This document shows, in pieces, positions 17,661-25,981 of a stretch of 48,899 nt of DNA. A program made the position numbers and the translations under genes. Positions within the stretch are counted from its first letter, which is position 1. The number at the start of each line of letters is the position of its first letter. Source of the DNA: Myxococcota bacterium (GTDB taxonomy: Bacteria; Myxococcota; JACRCW01); contig JBFMGU010000050.1 in assembly GCA_040752415.1 (NCBI GenBank), positions 1 through 48,899 of the forward strand, in the 5' to 3' direction. The notes below the pieces were generated by a model. The model was not told where the DNA came from. It searched no databases and was given only the letters and a program-made list of their open reading frames with translations.

Positions 17661-19748
17661 TCAGAACGAGACCTGGTGCACGCCCAGCAGCTGCGGGGTG
17701 GAGCCCAGCATGTCCGTGCCCGCGGGGTTGACCTTCCATTTCTGGTCGGCCTGGATGTTGCCGCCCGCCAACATGGTCCCGCCCATGACGTTGTTGTTGG
17801 AGTTGCTCTCCAGCTGGATGTTTCCGCTGGCGCGCATGTTGGTGCAGAAGCAGTTGTTCTGGGGGTTGCCGCCCTGCTGGATGTTGCCGCCAACCCAGAT
17901 GGTGGACACGCCGCCCGCGCACGCAGTGGCAACGTCGCAGGCGGGGTTGGGATTGGCGCAGGGGGTGGCGCTGAAGGTTCCGCCGCACAGCGAGGTGTTG
18001 TTGTCCTCGATGGTGACATTGCCATTGGCGTAGATGTTGCCGCGGATGTTGGCGCCACCTTCAATCTCGAGGTTGCCGCCGCACTGCACTCCGCCCTGGA
18101 AGCCCAGGTTGGCGGCCTCCAGCTCGCAGTTGCCGTTGGCCATGGCGGCAAGGGAGTTGGCGTCCACCGGATTGCTCAGATACAGCGGCCCGGTCTCGAA
18201 CTCGGCGCTGCCGGACGCCGCCACCGCGTAGTGCCGGATGTCCGCCGTGCCGCCGCCCACCACGTGCAGCGTGCCGCCGCCGGCGTAGTAGTAGGTGCCG
18301 CGTGGTGCCTCTCCGTCGGTGGGTAGGGTGAGGGCGGGGGTGCTGGCGCCGCCCGCGGGATCCCAGATGGCGGGCCCGGTGCCGTTGCAGGAGGGGCAGG
18401 AGCACTCGTCGGTGTATTCGAGGTCGCCGAAGACGATGCCAGTGACCAACCCCAGCGAGCCGTAGGCCGCGGTGCGCGCGCCCGAATCCAACACCACGAT
18501 CTCGCCGGCGGTGGTGCTGCCCGGTTTCCAGTTGTTGGAGCCATCCCGGTCCTGCGCGTTGCCGGTGCTGAAGACCGGCGCCCAGCAATCCGCCGGGATG
18601 GACCAGGAGCCGTAGTTGTTGTCGGGCGCGGGCACGGCGTCGGCGGAAGTGAAGGCCGCGCAGGCGGGGTCGGCGTTGCGGTCCCAGATGTGGACCGCGT
18701 TGTCCGTCAGGTAGAAGTGGCACAGGCCGTTGGTGCCATCCGAGGTGGGGAAGGTGTTGCCGAAGGCGGCCGCCGTCACCGGGCCCAGCGGAAGCGCGGG
18801 CGGGTCGCTCACCGGCGGACGCGGGCACACCGCGGTGTTGGAGATGGCCTGGCTGGCGCACTGCACGCAGTACCCGGGGAAGGCGGTGTTGCAGGAGGGC
18901 GGGCTGCCCACGCCGGAGGAGGTGAGCGCTCCGTCGTGCGTGATGGTGCCGCACCAGCAGTCAAAGTCCGAGAGGTCAATGCTGCCGCACACAATGGCGC
19001 CGTTGCCGCACAGCCGCGTCTGCGCGTTCATCTGGATGTTCCCGTCCGCAATCATGGCCACGCCGCCGGAGGCCTTGAGGAGCGCGCGCAGCGTGATGTG
19101 TCCCGTGGCGCTGGCAAAGGACGGCGTGCCCGTCTTGTCGACGATGCCGATGACGGTGATCACCACGCCCTGGTCGCGGTCGCGGTAGGAGATGTTGCCG
19201 CCCGCGGCGGGACCCTCGGCCGCGCCGTTGTTGCCGGTGGTCTCCACGGGGTTGGTGGCCATGGTGTCATCCACGTTGTCGTCGTAGCGCACCAGGTAGG
19301 CGCCGTCGTTGACGCCGTTGTTGTCCACGTCCACGTAGACCTTGCGGTAGACCGAGCCCACGCCGGCCGGCACCGTCTCCGTGGTGGCGCCCCAGCCGCC
19401 GTAGCTGCAACCGCTGCTGGAGGGCATGTTCACCACCGCGGAGGCGGGCGTGTTGTCGTCGGTGGTGGTGGTGGGCGAGTCCAGGCTGGGGTCCAGCATG
19501 CGGTCCAGGTCCATCTCCCCGCACGCGGCCAGCTTCTTGGCCTCCGCCAGCGCACGCGTCATCCCCATCTCCGCAATCTGCGCGGCCAGCGCGGTGTCGT
19601 GGCCGCGGATGGAGGCGTTCTGCACGCTCCCGCCGGCCTCCAGCAGCGCCATGGCCAGCGCGCTCACCGCCACCATGAACACCGCGGCAATCACCAGCAC
19701 AAAACCCCGGGCCCCGCGGGGCGGTGGATTGGCCTGGTCCTGGTTCAT
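17661..19748 (-). CDS. Very large PilX/GspK-like minor pilin with a Cys-rich C-terminal extension
   Basis: Prepilin site RG|FVLVI lacking Glu5, then ALAAQIAEMGMTRA (PilX N-term). About 695 aa with many Cys and G-N-I-x repeats. Confidence 0.75.
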   Translation of the reverse strand: MNQDQANPPPRGARGFVLVIAAVFMVAVSALAMALLEAGGSVQNASIRGHDTALAAQIAEMGMTRALAEAKKLAACGEMDLDRMLDPSLDSPTTTTDDNTPASAVVNMPSSSGCSYGGWGATTETVPAGVGSVYRKVYVDVDNNGVNDGAYLVRYDDNVDDTMATNPVETTGNNGAAEGPAAGGNISYRDRDQGVVITVIGIVDKTGTPSFASATGHITLRALLKASGGVAMIADGNIQMNAQTRLCGNGAIVCGSIDLSDFDCWCGTITHDGALTSSGVGSPPSCNTAFPGYCVQCASQAISNTAVCPRPPVSDPPALPLGPVTAAAFGNTFPTSDGTNGLCHFYLTDNAVHIWDRNADPACAAFTSADAVPAPDNNYGSWSIPADCWAPVFSTGNAQDRDGSNNWKPGSTTAGEIVVLDSGARTAAYGSLGLVTGIVFGDLEYTDECSCPSCNGTGPAIWDPAGGASTPALTLPTDGEAPRGTYYYAGGGTLHVVGGGTADIRHYAVAASGSAEFETGPLYLSNPVDANSLAAMANGNCELEAANLGFQGGVQCGGNLEIEGGANIRGNIYANGNVTIEDNNTSLCGGTFSATPCANPNPACDVATACAGGVSTIWVGGNIQQGGNPQNNCFCTNMRASGNIQLESNSNNNVMGGTMLAGGNIQADQKWKVNPAGTDMLGSTPQLLGVHQVSF

Positions 19749-19772
19749 CCGTTGCTCCTTTTGCAAGAGCCG

Positions 19773-20867
19773 TCACGGTGTGACGGACCGGAAGATCATC
19801 CGTTCGACGAGGAGGACGCTGACCGGGCGGACCTGTTCCGCGCCGCCCTTCTTGCCCACGCGCACGTTGCGTTTGAGCGCCAGGGTCACCTCCACGGAGC
19901 GCACGTTGGCGGGAATGGTGACGTTGCAGGCGCCCGCGTTGCTGCAATAGCGGAACAGGGAGGCTGCGGTGTCCACGTTGCGGGCCACCACCTGCCAGCC
20001 GGTGTCATTGTTGGCGGTGCTGCAGCCCGTGGGGGTGGCCGACGCGCTGGGCGTCCCGAAGTTGGCGAAGTTGGACTGGTCCGGCTCCGGTCGGCCCCAG
20101 CACTGGCGACGTTGCAGCGTGCCGGAGGTGGCGTCGATGGCGTAGGCGATGCGGTCGACCTGCGTGACGCGCCCGGCGGGGAAGGGCGTGCTGGGGGAGG
20201 TGTTCACGTTGGTGGTGAGATTGAGCAGCGCCGGTGGTCCCACCGTGAAGCCGCTGACCTGGACGTTCTCGTAGGTGCCGTTGGGATGGACCAGCGTGAC
20301 CTCGTTGTAGCCGGCGTTGGAGACGTACTTGCGCAGGCTCCACGGACAGCCCGGGTCCGAGGCGGCGGCGCACGCCGCACCCGGAACCAGCGCGCCCAGC
20401 GCGGTTCCGTCGTACCCGCTGAGCTCGTTGAGCGGCGCCACCTTGTCGGTGGCCGCCTGGTGCTGCACGGAGGACAGCTGGTCAAAGTTGGTGTCCGGCC
20501 GCGGCACGTCGCCAAAGATCACGAAGCGGTCGCTCACGAGCGAGGCCGCGGTGGGGGAGGTGCGGTTGGCCTCGATGGTCATGATGGGCGGGATGAGCAG
20601 GGAGCTGTTGGCGCCCACCGCGTTGCCGTAGCTGCCAAAGAGACGCGTCCCGGTGGCGCCGGAGTTTCCCGCCGCGTAGATGTCGCGCCGCAGCCAGTCC
20701 ATGGCCAGCTGCCCATCCCGCAGCAGCGTGGTGCGCGCCGTGGTGGTGCGACGATAGATGTCCAGCGCCAACAACGCCTGCGTGGCGGCGGTGTAGACCA
20801 GCAACGCCAGCGTGGAGGCGACCACCATCTCAATGAGCGTGAAGCCACGCGCGCGGGGTCGGCTCAT
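19773..20867 (-). CDS. PilW-like type IV minor pilin
   Basis: RG|FTLIEMVV N-methylation motif, AMDWLRRDIYAAG, VVARNV, VRSVEVTL. Confidence 0.85.
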   Translation of the reverse strand: MSRPRARGFTLIEMVVASTLALLVYTAATQALLALDIYRRTTTARTTLLRDGQLAMDWLRRDIYAAGNSGATGTRLFGSYGNAVGANSSLLIPPIMTIEANRTSPTAASLVSDRFVIFGDVPRPDTNFDQLSSVQHQAATDKVAPLNELSGYDGTALGALVPGAACAAASDPGCPWSLRKYVSNAGYNEVTLVHPNGTYENVQVSGFTVGPPALLNLTTNVNTSPSTPFPAGRVTQVDRIAYAIDATSGTLQRRQCWGRPEPDQSNFANFGTPSASATPTGCSTANNDTGWQVVARNVDTAASLFRYCSNAGACNVTIPANVRSVEVTLALKRNVRVGKKGGAEQVRPVSVLLVERMIFRSVTP

Positions 20868-21271
20868 GGCTGGTACACGTAGGTGGTGCCGCTCAGCACG
20901 CGGTTCTGGCCACGTTTGCCGTACGCGTACGTGACGTTGACGATGATGCGCTTGCAGCTGAGGCAGAGGGACGGGTTGTTGACGTTCTGGGCGCTGATGG
21001 TCCGGGTGACCAAGCCGCCGGTCCCGCCAATGGTGCTGGTCTCCAGGGTGCCGGTGCCAATGGAGCCGTAGGACATGCCGCGGTACTTCGACATGCCGTC
21101 GGCCAGCGCATGGCCGGCAATGGCGCGGCGCTGGGCCATGGCGGCCTGGCGTTCTCCGTCGGCGAGCATGTGGAAGACGCTGACCAGCACCGTGGCCACC
21201 ACCGCGCCGCCGATGACCGCCTCGATCAGCATGTAGCCCCGTGCGCGGCGCTTGGGAGGGTGTTGTCTCAT
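20864..21271 (-). CDS. PilV-like type IV minor pilin
   Basis: RG|YMLIEAVIG prepilin motif, 135 aa, KRIIVNVTY. ATGA overlaps on both sides. Confidence 0.82.
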   Translation of the reverse strand: MRQHPPKRRARGYMLIEAVIGGAVVATVLVSVFHMLADGERQAAMAQRRAIAGHALADGMSKYRGMSYGSIGTGTLETSTIGGTGGLVTRTISAQNVNNPSLCLSCKRIIVNVTYAYGKRGQNRVLSGTTYVYQP

Positions 21272-21924
21272 GGGCAGCTTGCTCCCAGGGCCTCACTCAC
21301 ACAGATGAGCCCAATGGGGTTCACGGTGATCTGGATCCGGTTCTGCCCCGCGGGCAGGTCGGACCGGCTCAGGTTGATGCGCCACGCGTCGTCGCTGGGC
21401 GTGGCCACGGGATTGGTGGCGGAGCCCATGTTGTCCGCGCGCATCCAGCCATTGGGCCGCCACACCAGGACGCTCTTGGCGGCCGGAACGGAGGAATCCA
21501 CTTCCAGCGCGAAGGTGGCGTCGGTGATGTCGAACGAGATGTTCTTGAGATAGACCTCGTTGGCGTCGGAGATGGTGGCCCAGTTCATGCCGTCGGGGTC
21601 GGAGGCCACGAAGGTGACGTTCTCCTCGTACGCGGTCTCATCCGCGTCAAAGGCCACCACGGCCAGGCGCTTTCCGCTGTTGCCCGGGGCCACCGCCACC
21701 AGGGTGCCGTGGGAGATGGCGTGCATGCGCGCCGAGGCAACAACGCCGGCCAACGCCTCCGCACGCGCTCGCAGCACCGACTCCTTGCCCACGTTGGCCA
21801 GGCCGGGCGCGAACAGGCCCGCGAGCACCGAGACCAGTGCCACCACCAGCACCAGCTCCACCAGCGTGTAGCCGCGCCGCCTACTGGTCATCCGGCGGAT
21901 TGGCACGGTGATCCCGTCCGTCAT
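21268..21924 (-). CDS. FimT/FimU (GspH-like) minor pilin
   Basis: RG|YTLVELVLVV, ARMHAISHG, and C-terminal ITVNPIG. Confidence 0.85.
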   Translation of the reverse strand: MTDGITVPIRRMTSRRRGYTLVELVLVVALVSVLAGLFAPGLANVGKESVLRARAEALAGVVASARMHAISHGTLVAVAPGNSGKRLAVVAFDADETAYEENVTFVASDPDGMNWATISDANEVYLKNISFDITDATFALEVDSSVPAAKSVLVWRPNGWMRADNMGSATNPVATPSDDAWRINLSRSDLPAGQNRIQITVNPIGLICVSEALGASCP

Positions 21925-22208
21925 GACCGCAAGTACCGCGCTGCGGATGGGGCCGGCTCACGGTTCACGTCATGGGATGCGCCGAAACTCGCAGGATGAT
22001 CAGGAGATCTGGCCGGGGGCGCGGTGCCTAAAACTCCTCATCGAGGCTTACGCAGACTTCCCGCGCGCGGGTCAACCGAAGTGAAGCGCGTGGCGTACCT
22101 CGTTGCTCATTTCGAAGGTGCGGCTTCCCTGGGGCGACGCTCTTGGCTCCGGCCAATGAGATTGGGTGCGGCCTTTTGAAACGACGCTTGGCCGCAGGCG
22201 AAAGCACA

Positions 22209-23039
22209 TCCGCAGTTGGCCGGCAATGGTCAGCCCGGGCCGCGCTGGCATGACGACGGAAAACGGCACGCGATGCGACCGGACCGACCGATTCAGCGCG
22301 ACGGAAGACCGGCCAGCAATGTAGGGGCTGCCCGTTGCCGGTAACGCGCGAACGGGACCAATGCCCGGCAATGGTCAGCCCCGGGCGGCGCTGTCATGAC
22401 GACGGAAAACAGGTCCGCACGTTGCCGGCAGCTGCAGTTGACCCGCAAACATGGTCGCGCTGAGCCAAGTACCTGGCCAGGAGTGCTTTCACAGAGGAGC
22501 TCCGGTTGAGCCCGGACAGCCCGAGCCAAAGCGGTATTTCAGACCGCACTCCCAAAGGTGCGGGCGCCGCGAGTGCGCTTTCATCGGTTTGCCCGCACCG
22601 CGGCTGCTCGTCGGGAGACTCTGCGTGCCGGCTTCTCCGCCCAATGGGATGGGCGCGGCCGGCACTCTGGGAATCTGGGAGTGCGGTCTGAAATACCGCT
22701 TTGGCTCGGGCTGTCCGGGCTCAACCGGAATCTTCCCAGAAGTGAAGGAACTTCAAGTGAAGGAGCTTCCGGCCAGGTACTTGGCTCAGCGCGACCATGC
22801 TTGCGGTCAACTGCAGCTGCCGGCAACGTGCGGACCTGTTTTCCGTCGTCATGACAGCGCCGCCCGGGGCTGACCATTGCCGGCCACCTTCACCGTTCGC
22901 GCGTTACCGGCAACGGGCAGCCCCTACATTGCTGGCTGGTTCTCCGTCGCGCTGAATCGGTCGGTCCGGTCGCATCGCGTGCCGTTTTCCGTCGTCATGA
23001 CAGCGCTGCCCGGGCTGACCATGGCCGGCCACCTGCGGA
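22209..23039. repeat. 831-bp nested inverted repeat (giant hairpin)
   Basis: Arms 22209-22554 and 22676-23039 are reverse complements; the inner 54 bp are perfect. Each arm holds two copies of a ~45-bp unit. The 121-nt centre contains two smaller hairpins. Confidence 0.95.
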
Positions 23040-23047
23040 GGCGGACT

Positions 23048-23443
23048 TCACCGCGTCTTCTTCTTGCGCGCCTTGGTCTGCTGCTTCTCATCCATCTCCG
23101 CCACGCGGAACTTCACGATCTTCGCCACCAGCTTGAGCGGCAGCGGCTCGTCGATGGGAAACTGCACGGAGCCCTTGGCGCTCTTGTACTTCTTCATCTC
23201 GGCGGCAAACGCCGTGATTCCGCTCGGGGTCGGATAGAACCCGATGTGGCTCTCGTGCGCCGCGAAGTGCACCAGATTGCCGTGGTAGTGGAACGTAGGC
23301 ATCTGATAGCTGATCTTCTCGGTGGATTCGGGCGCGGCGCGCTGGATGGTGGAGCGCATCTGGGAAAGCAGGTCCCGGACCTTCGGGGGGAACTGCTGGA
23401 TGTACTCGTCGATGGTCGTGATCTCGGCGGTCCGTGGTTTCAC
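23048..23443 (-). CDS. DUF1801 (YdhG-like) domain protein
   Basis: TIDEYI..EKISYQMPTF..VHFAAHESHIGFYP..SAKGSVQFPIDEPLP. GTG start after AGGAGG. Confidence 0.92.
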   Translation of the reverse strand: MKPRTAEITTIDEYIQQFPPKVRDLLSQMRSTIQRAAPESTEKISYQMPTFHYHGNLVHFAAHESHIGFYPTPSGITAFAAEMKKYKSAKGSVQFPIDEPLPLKLVAKIVKFRVAEMDEKQQTKARKKKTR

Positions 23444-23485
23444 CTGGGAATCCTCCTTGTCACCGCGGGCACCCCGCGTGGGCCT

Positions 23486-24097
23486 TCACGGCGACGTGAT
23501 GCGTGTCCCTTCCACCACGTCGCGGATGGCCAGGTCCAGCAACGGGTCACGACCCATGGCGGTGAGACGGAACGCCGCCGGGCCATCCTGCCAGTAGACC
23601 TGGGTGAGCCCGCCGCGCTCGTCGCCGAGCTTCAGCTCACAGCGAGGTCCGCGCGGCGAGCTGACCACGCGCGCCCAACGGAACGGAAGCGTCTGTCCCG
23701 CGCGGCTCCGGGTCACCTGGGCCCCCCAAGCGCTGCAACCCTCCTCGGTGACCACGTGCGGGTCGGGCGACTCCGCGGTGACCGCAATGAGCGCGGAGCC
23801 CGGACGCCCCGGCTGGTCCGCCGCACCGACGAGCACCACGCCCTGGGCCTGGATGGCCAGCTCCGCGGTGCCGCCGGGCGCGGTGAGGCCTTCATCCTGC
23901 GGCAGCGTCATCTGGCGCATACCCGCGGGAATGGGCGTGGAGATGCGGGCGGACTCGGCGCGTGCGCCGGGCGCGGGTTCCACCACGGAACGAACCCGTC
24001 CCCCCGGCGGATACAGCGCCACCCCACCCACAATGGCTGCCCCGACGAGGGAAATCACCACGGTGACAGTTGTGACTGGCCGCTTCTGGCGTGACAT
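23486..24097 (-). CDS. Hypothetical membrane-anchored protein
   Basis: N-terminal TM segment (VVISLVGAAIVGGVALY). Start at MSRQKRP. Confidence 0.6.
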   Translation of the reverse strand: MSRQKRPVTTVTVVISLVGAAIVGGVALYPPGGRVRSVVEPAPGARAESARISTPIPAGMRQMTLPQDEGLTAPGGTAELAIQAQGVVLVGAADQPGRPGSALIAVTAESPDPHVVTEEGCSAWGAQVTRSRAGQTLPFRWARVVSSPRGPRCELKLGDERGGLTQVYWQDGPAAFRLTAMGRDPLLDLAIRDVVEGTRITSP

Positions 24098-24204
24098 GGG
24101 TGGTCCCGCCCGGAGGCTATCCCAGGAGGGCGTCCGCCACCACGCGCCGAATTGTTCCCGGAGGGTCGTGATGTGGCGTGGCCCTGGCGCCGTGACGACG
24201 TCGT

Positions 24205-25155
24205 TCAGTCGCCGCGCAGGCAGTTGTCGATGGACACCGAGAAGACGTTGGGGCTCATGGTGCATTCCACGCAGCCGATGGCCGCGTTGCCCACCGTGGA
24301 GCAGGTGAGGGTGAGCACCACACTGCCCGTCTCGTTCTGCTGTGTGGTGTTCTGGATGGTGGAGGAGGTCACGTCAAAGGTGCACTCCCACGGCCCGCAC
24401 TCATTGCCCTCGGGGGCGCCCACGTCGGTGCAGCAGGTCTGTCCGTCGGAGCCGGTGGGAGCGCGGAAGGAGATGGTGGTGTTCCCGCCGGTGGTGTACT
24501 GGCCCGGTCCGTTGAATCCGCCAATGGTGAAGTCCACATACTCGCTGCCTCCCTCCTCCAGGCGGATGTCCAGGATGGAATCCAGGCCGAAGTAGACGCA
24601 GCTGGTGAGGTTGTTGACGCTCAACGGTGCGTTCCAGCTGGGACCCTGGGTATCTGTGCAGGACAGCGTGGTGGTGACGTCGGCGCTTCCGGTCAGCACG
24701 TCGCCGCCGCCGGAGGAGCTGGAGGAAGAGGACGTCCCGGTGGAGCCGCCAGAGGAGCTGCTGGTGGACGTGCCGGTGCTGCTGCTGCCTGTCGCACCAC
24801 TGGAGCTCGTCGAGGTGCTGCCCGCGCCGGACGCACCACTGGAGGTGGAGGCGCTCCCGCTGGAGCTGGTCGAGGCGCCCCCGGAGCCGGATGACGTCGA
24901 TGCCCCGCCCGTGCTGGTTGACGTCGAACCACCGCTCGACGACGAGGAACTGCTGCTGGATGAGGAGGACGCCGAGCCGCTGCCCGACGATGAAGAGCTG
25001 CTGGAAGAAGACGCCGAACCGCTGCCCGACGACGAAGAGCTGCTGGAAGAGGACGAAGAGCTGCTGGATGACGACGAGCTCGTGGTGGAAGTGGAAGCGC
25101 CGGTGCAGGCGGCGAGCGTGCTCAAGAGGGCCAGGGCCAGGGGTCTCATTTTCAT
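24205..25155 (-). CDS. Poly-Ser lipoprotein with a Cys-rich C-terminal domain
   Basis: Lipobox LAAC, ~130-aa Ser/Thr/Gly tract, Cys-rich head. GGAGG RBS. Confidence 0.85.
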   Translation of the reverse strand: MKMRPLALALLSTLAACTGASTSTTSSSSSSSSSSSSSSSSSSGSGSASSSSSSSSSGSGSASSSSSSSSSSSSGGSTSTSTGGASTSSGSGGASTSSSGSASTSSGASGAGSTSTSSSGATGSSSTGTSTSSSSGGSTGTSSSSSSSGGGDVLTGSADVTTTLSCTDTQGPSWNAPLSVNNLTSCVYFGLDSILDIRLEEGGSEYVDFTIGGFNGPGQYTTGGNTTISFRAPTGSDGQTCCTDVGAPEGNECGPWECTFDVTSSTIQNTTQQNETGSVVLTLTCSTVGNAAIGCVECTMSPNVFSVSIDNCLRGD

Positions 25156-25336
25156 CGGAAGGATCCTCCATGTCGCCAGGGTTCGGCGCGGAGTGTCAAT
25201 GTACCCGCGTCTGGAGATTTCGCGAGATTATTTTGCGACGCGAAGCAGGATGTGACGGAGAGCATGCGCAAACGGTGGCGCGTTGTGAGGCCGCGCACAG
25301 AAGACCGGGTGCGCGCGGCCGTCGGGATGACGGCGC

Positions 25337-25912
25337 TCACGTGGTGACGAGCGCGTGGAGCTTCATCACGGTGTTCCAGTTCCGCGCCGTCCCGCGCACG
25401 CCGAGCTTCTTCTCGATGAGCACGTTGGTCAGCCTGGAGCGGCCGATCCCGTCCGGGTAGACGATGTACGCCTCCCGGCCATGCACGCGCAGCACCTCGC
25501 GCCCGGGGATGGCCGCCTGCAGCGCCTTCACCGCGGCGCCATCCGGCTCGCCCTTCAGCGTCATGACCACAAGGTGGCCCGGATCCTGCGCGGCCTCCCT
25601 CGGAAACGGGTTGCGCGCGACGATGTGCTGCCACTCCTCCGCGGTGCGCACGAAGTAGTCCGGGGCCTTGCCCAGCCGTTTCTCCGTCTCCTTCTCCAGT
25701 GAACGCTCCAGCACGTCGGAGGCGGTGGTGGCGCGGGTGCGGAAGAGGAGATTGCCGCTCTGCAGCAGGGAGCGGACGTCCGCGAAGCCCAGGTCGGTGA
25801 GCATCTCCTTGAGGTCGGCCATGGCAATGGTGGTCTTGCCGCCCACGTTGATGCCGCGCAGCAGGGCAATGCGGAGGTCGTTCTTGTCGTTGTCGGAGGA
25901 GGTCTTCTTCAT
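25337..25912 (-). CDS. DUF1697 family protein
   Basis: IALLRGINVGG..LQSGNLLF..GTARNWNTVMKL. Confidence 0.92.
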   Translation of the reverse strand: MKKTSSDNDKNDLRIALLRGINVGGKTTIAMADLKEMLTDLGFADVRSLLQSGNLLFRTRATTASDVLERSLEKETEKRLGKAPDYFVRTAEEWQHIVARNPFPREAAQDPGHLVVMTLKGEPDGAAVKALQAAIPGREVLRVHGREAYIVYPDGIGRSRLTNVLIEKKLGVRGTARNWNTVMKLHALVTT

Positions 25913-25981
25913 CTGTGACGACGACGTTCCATGCCCCGGTGGGAGGCGCCGGGTGGGAGATTCGTGCTGCTTCGTGAGTGA

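Noticed and set aside
22072..23039. Short ORFs within the giant palindrome
   Set aside because: They mirror one another because of the inverted repeat and show no recognisable protein motifs.
25171..25199. Sigma70 promoter from a minus-strand TTGACA at 25194-25199
   Set aside because: No acceptable -10 box at 16-18 bp spacing.
24605..25255. Acidic Glu/Leu-rich ORFs (also 5981-6253, 37115-37675, 44244-44825)
   Set aside because: Antisense readings of poly-Ser codons.
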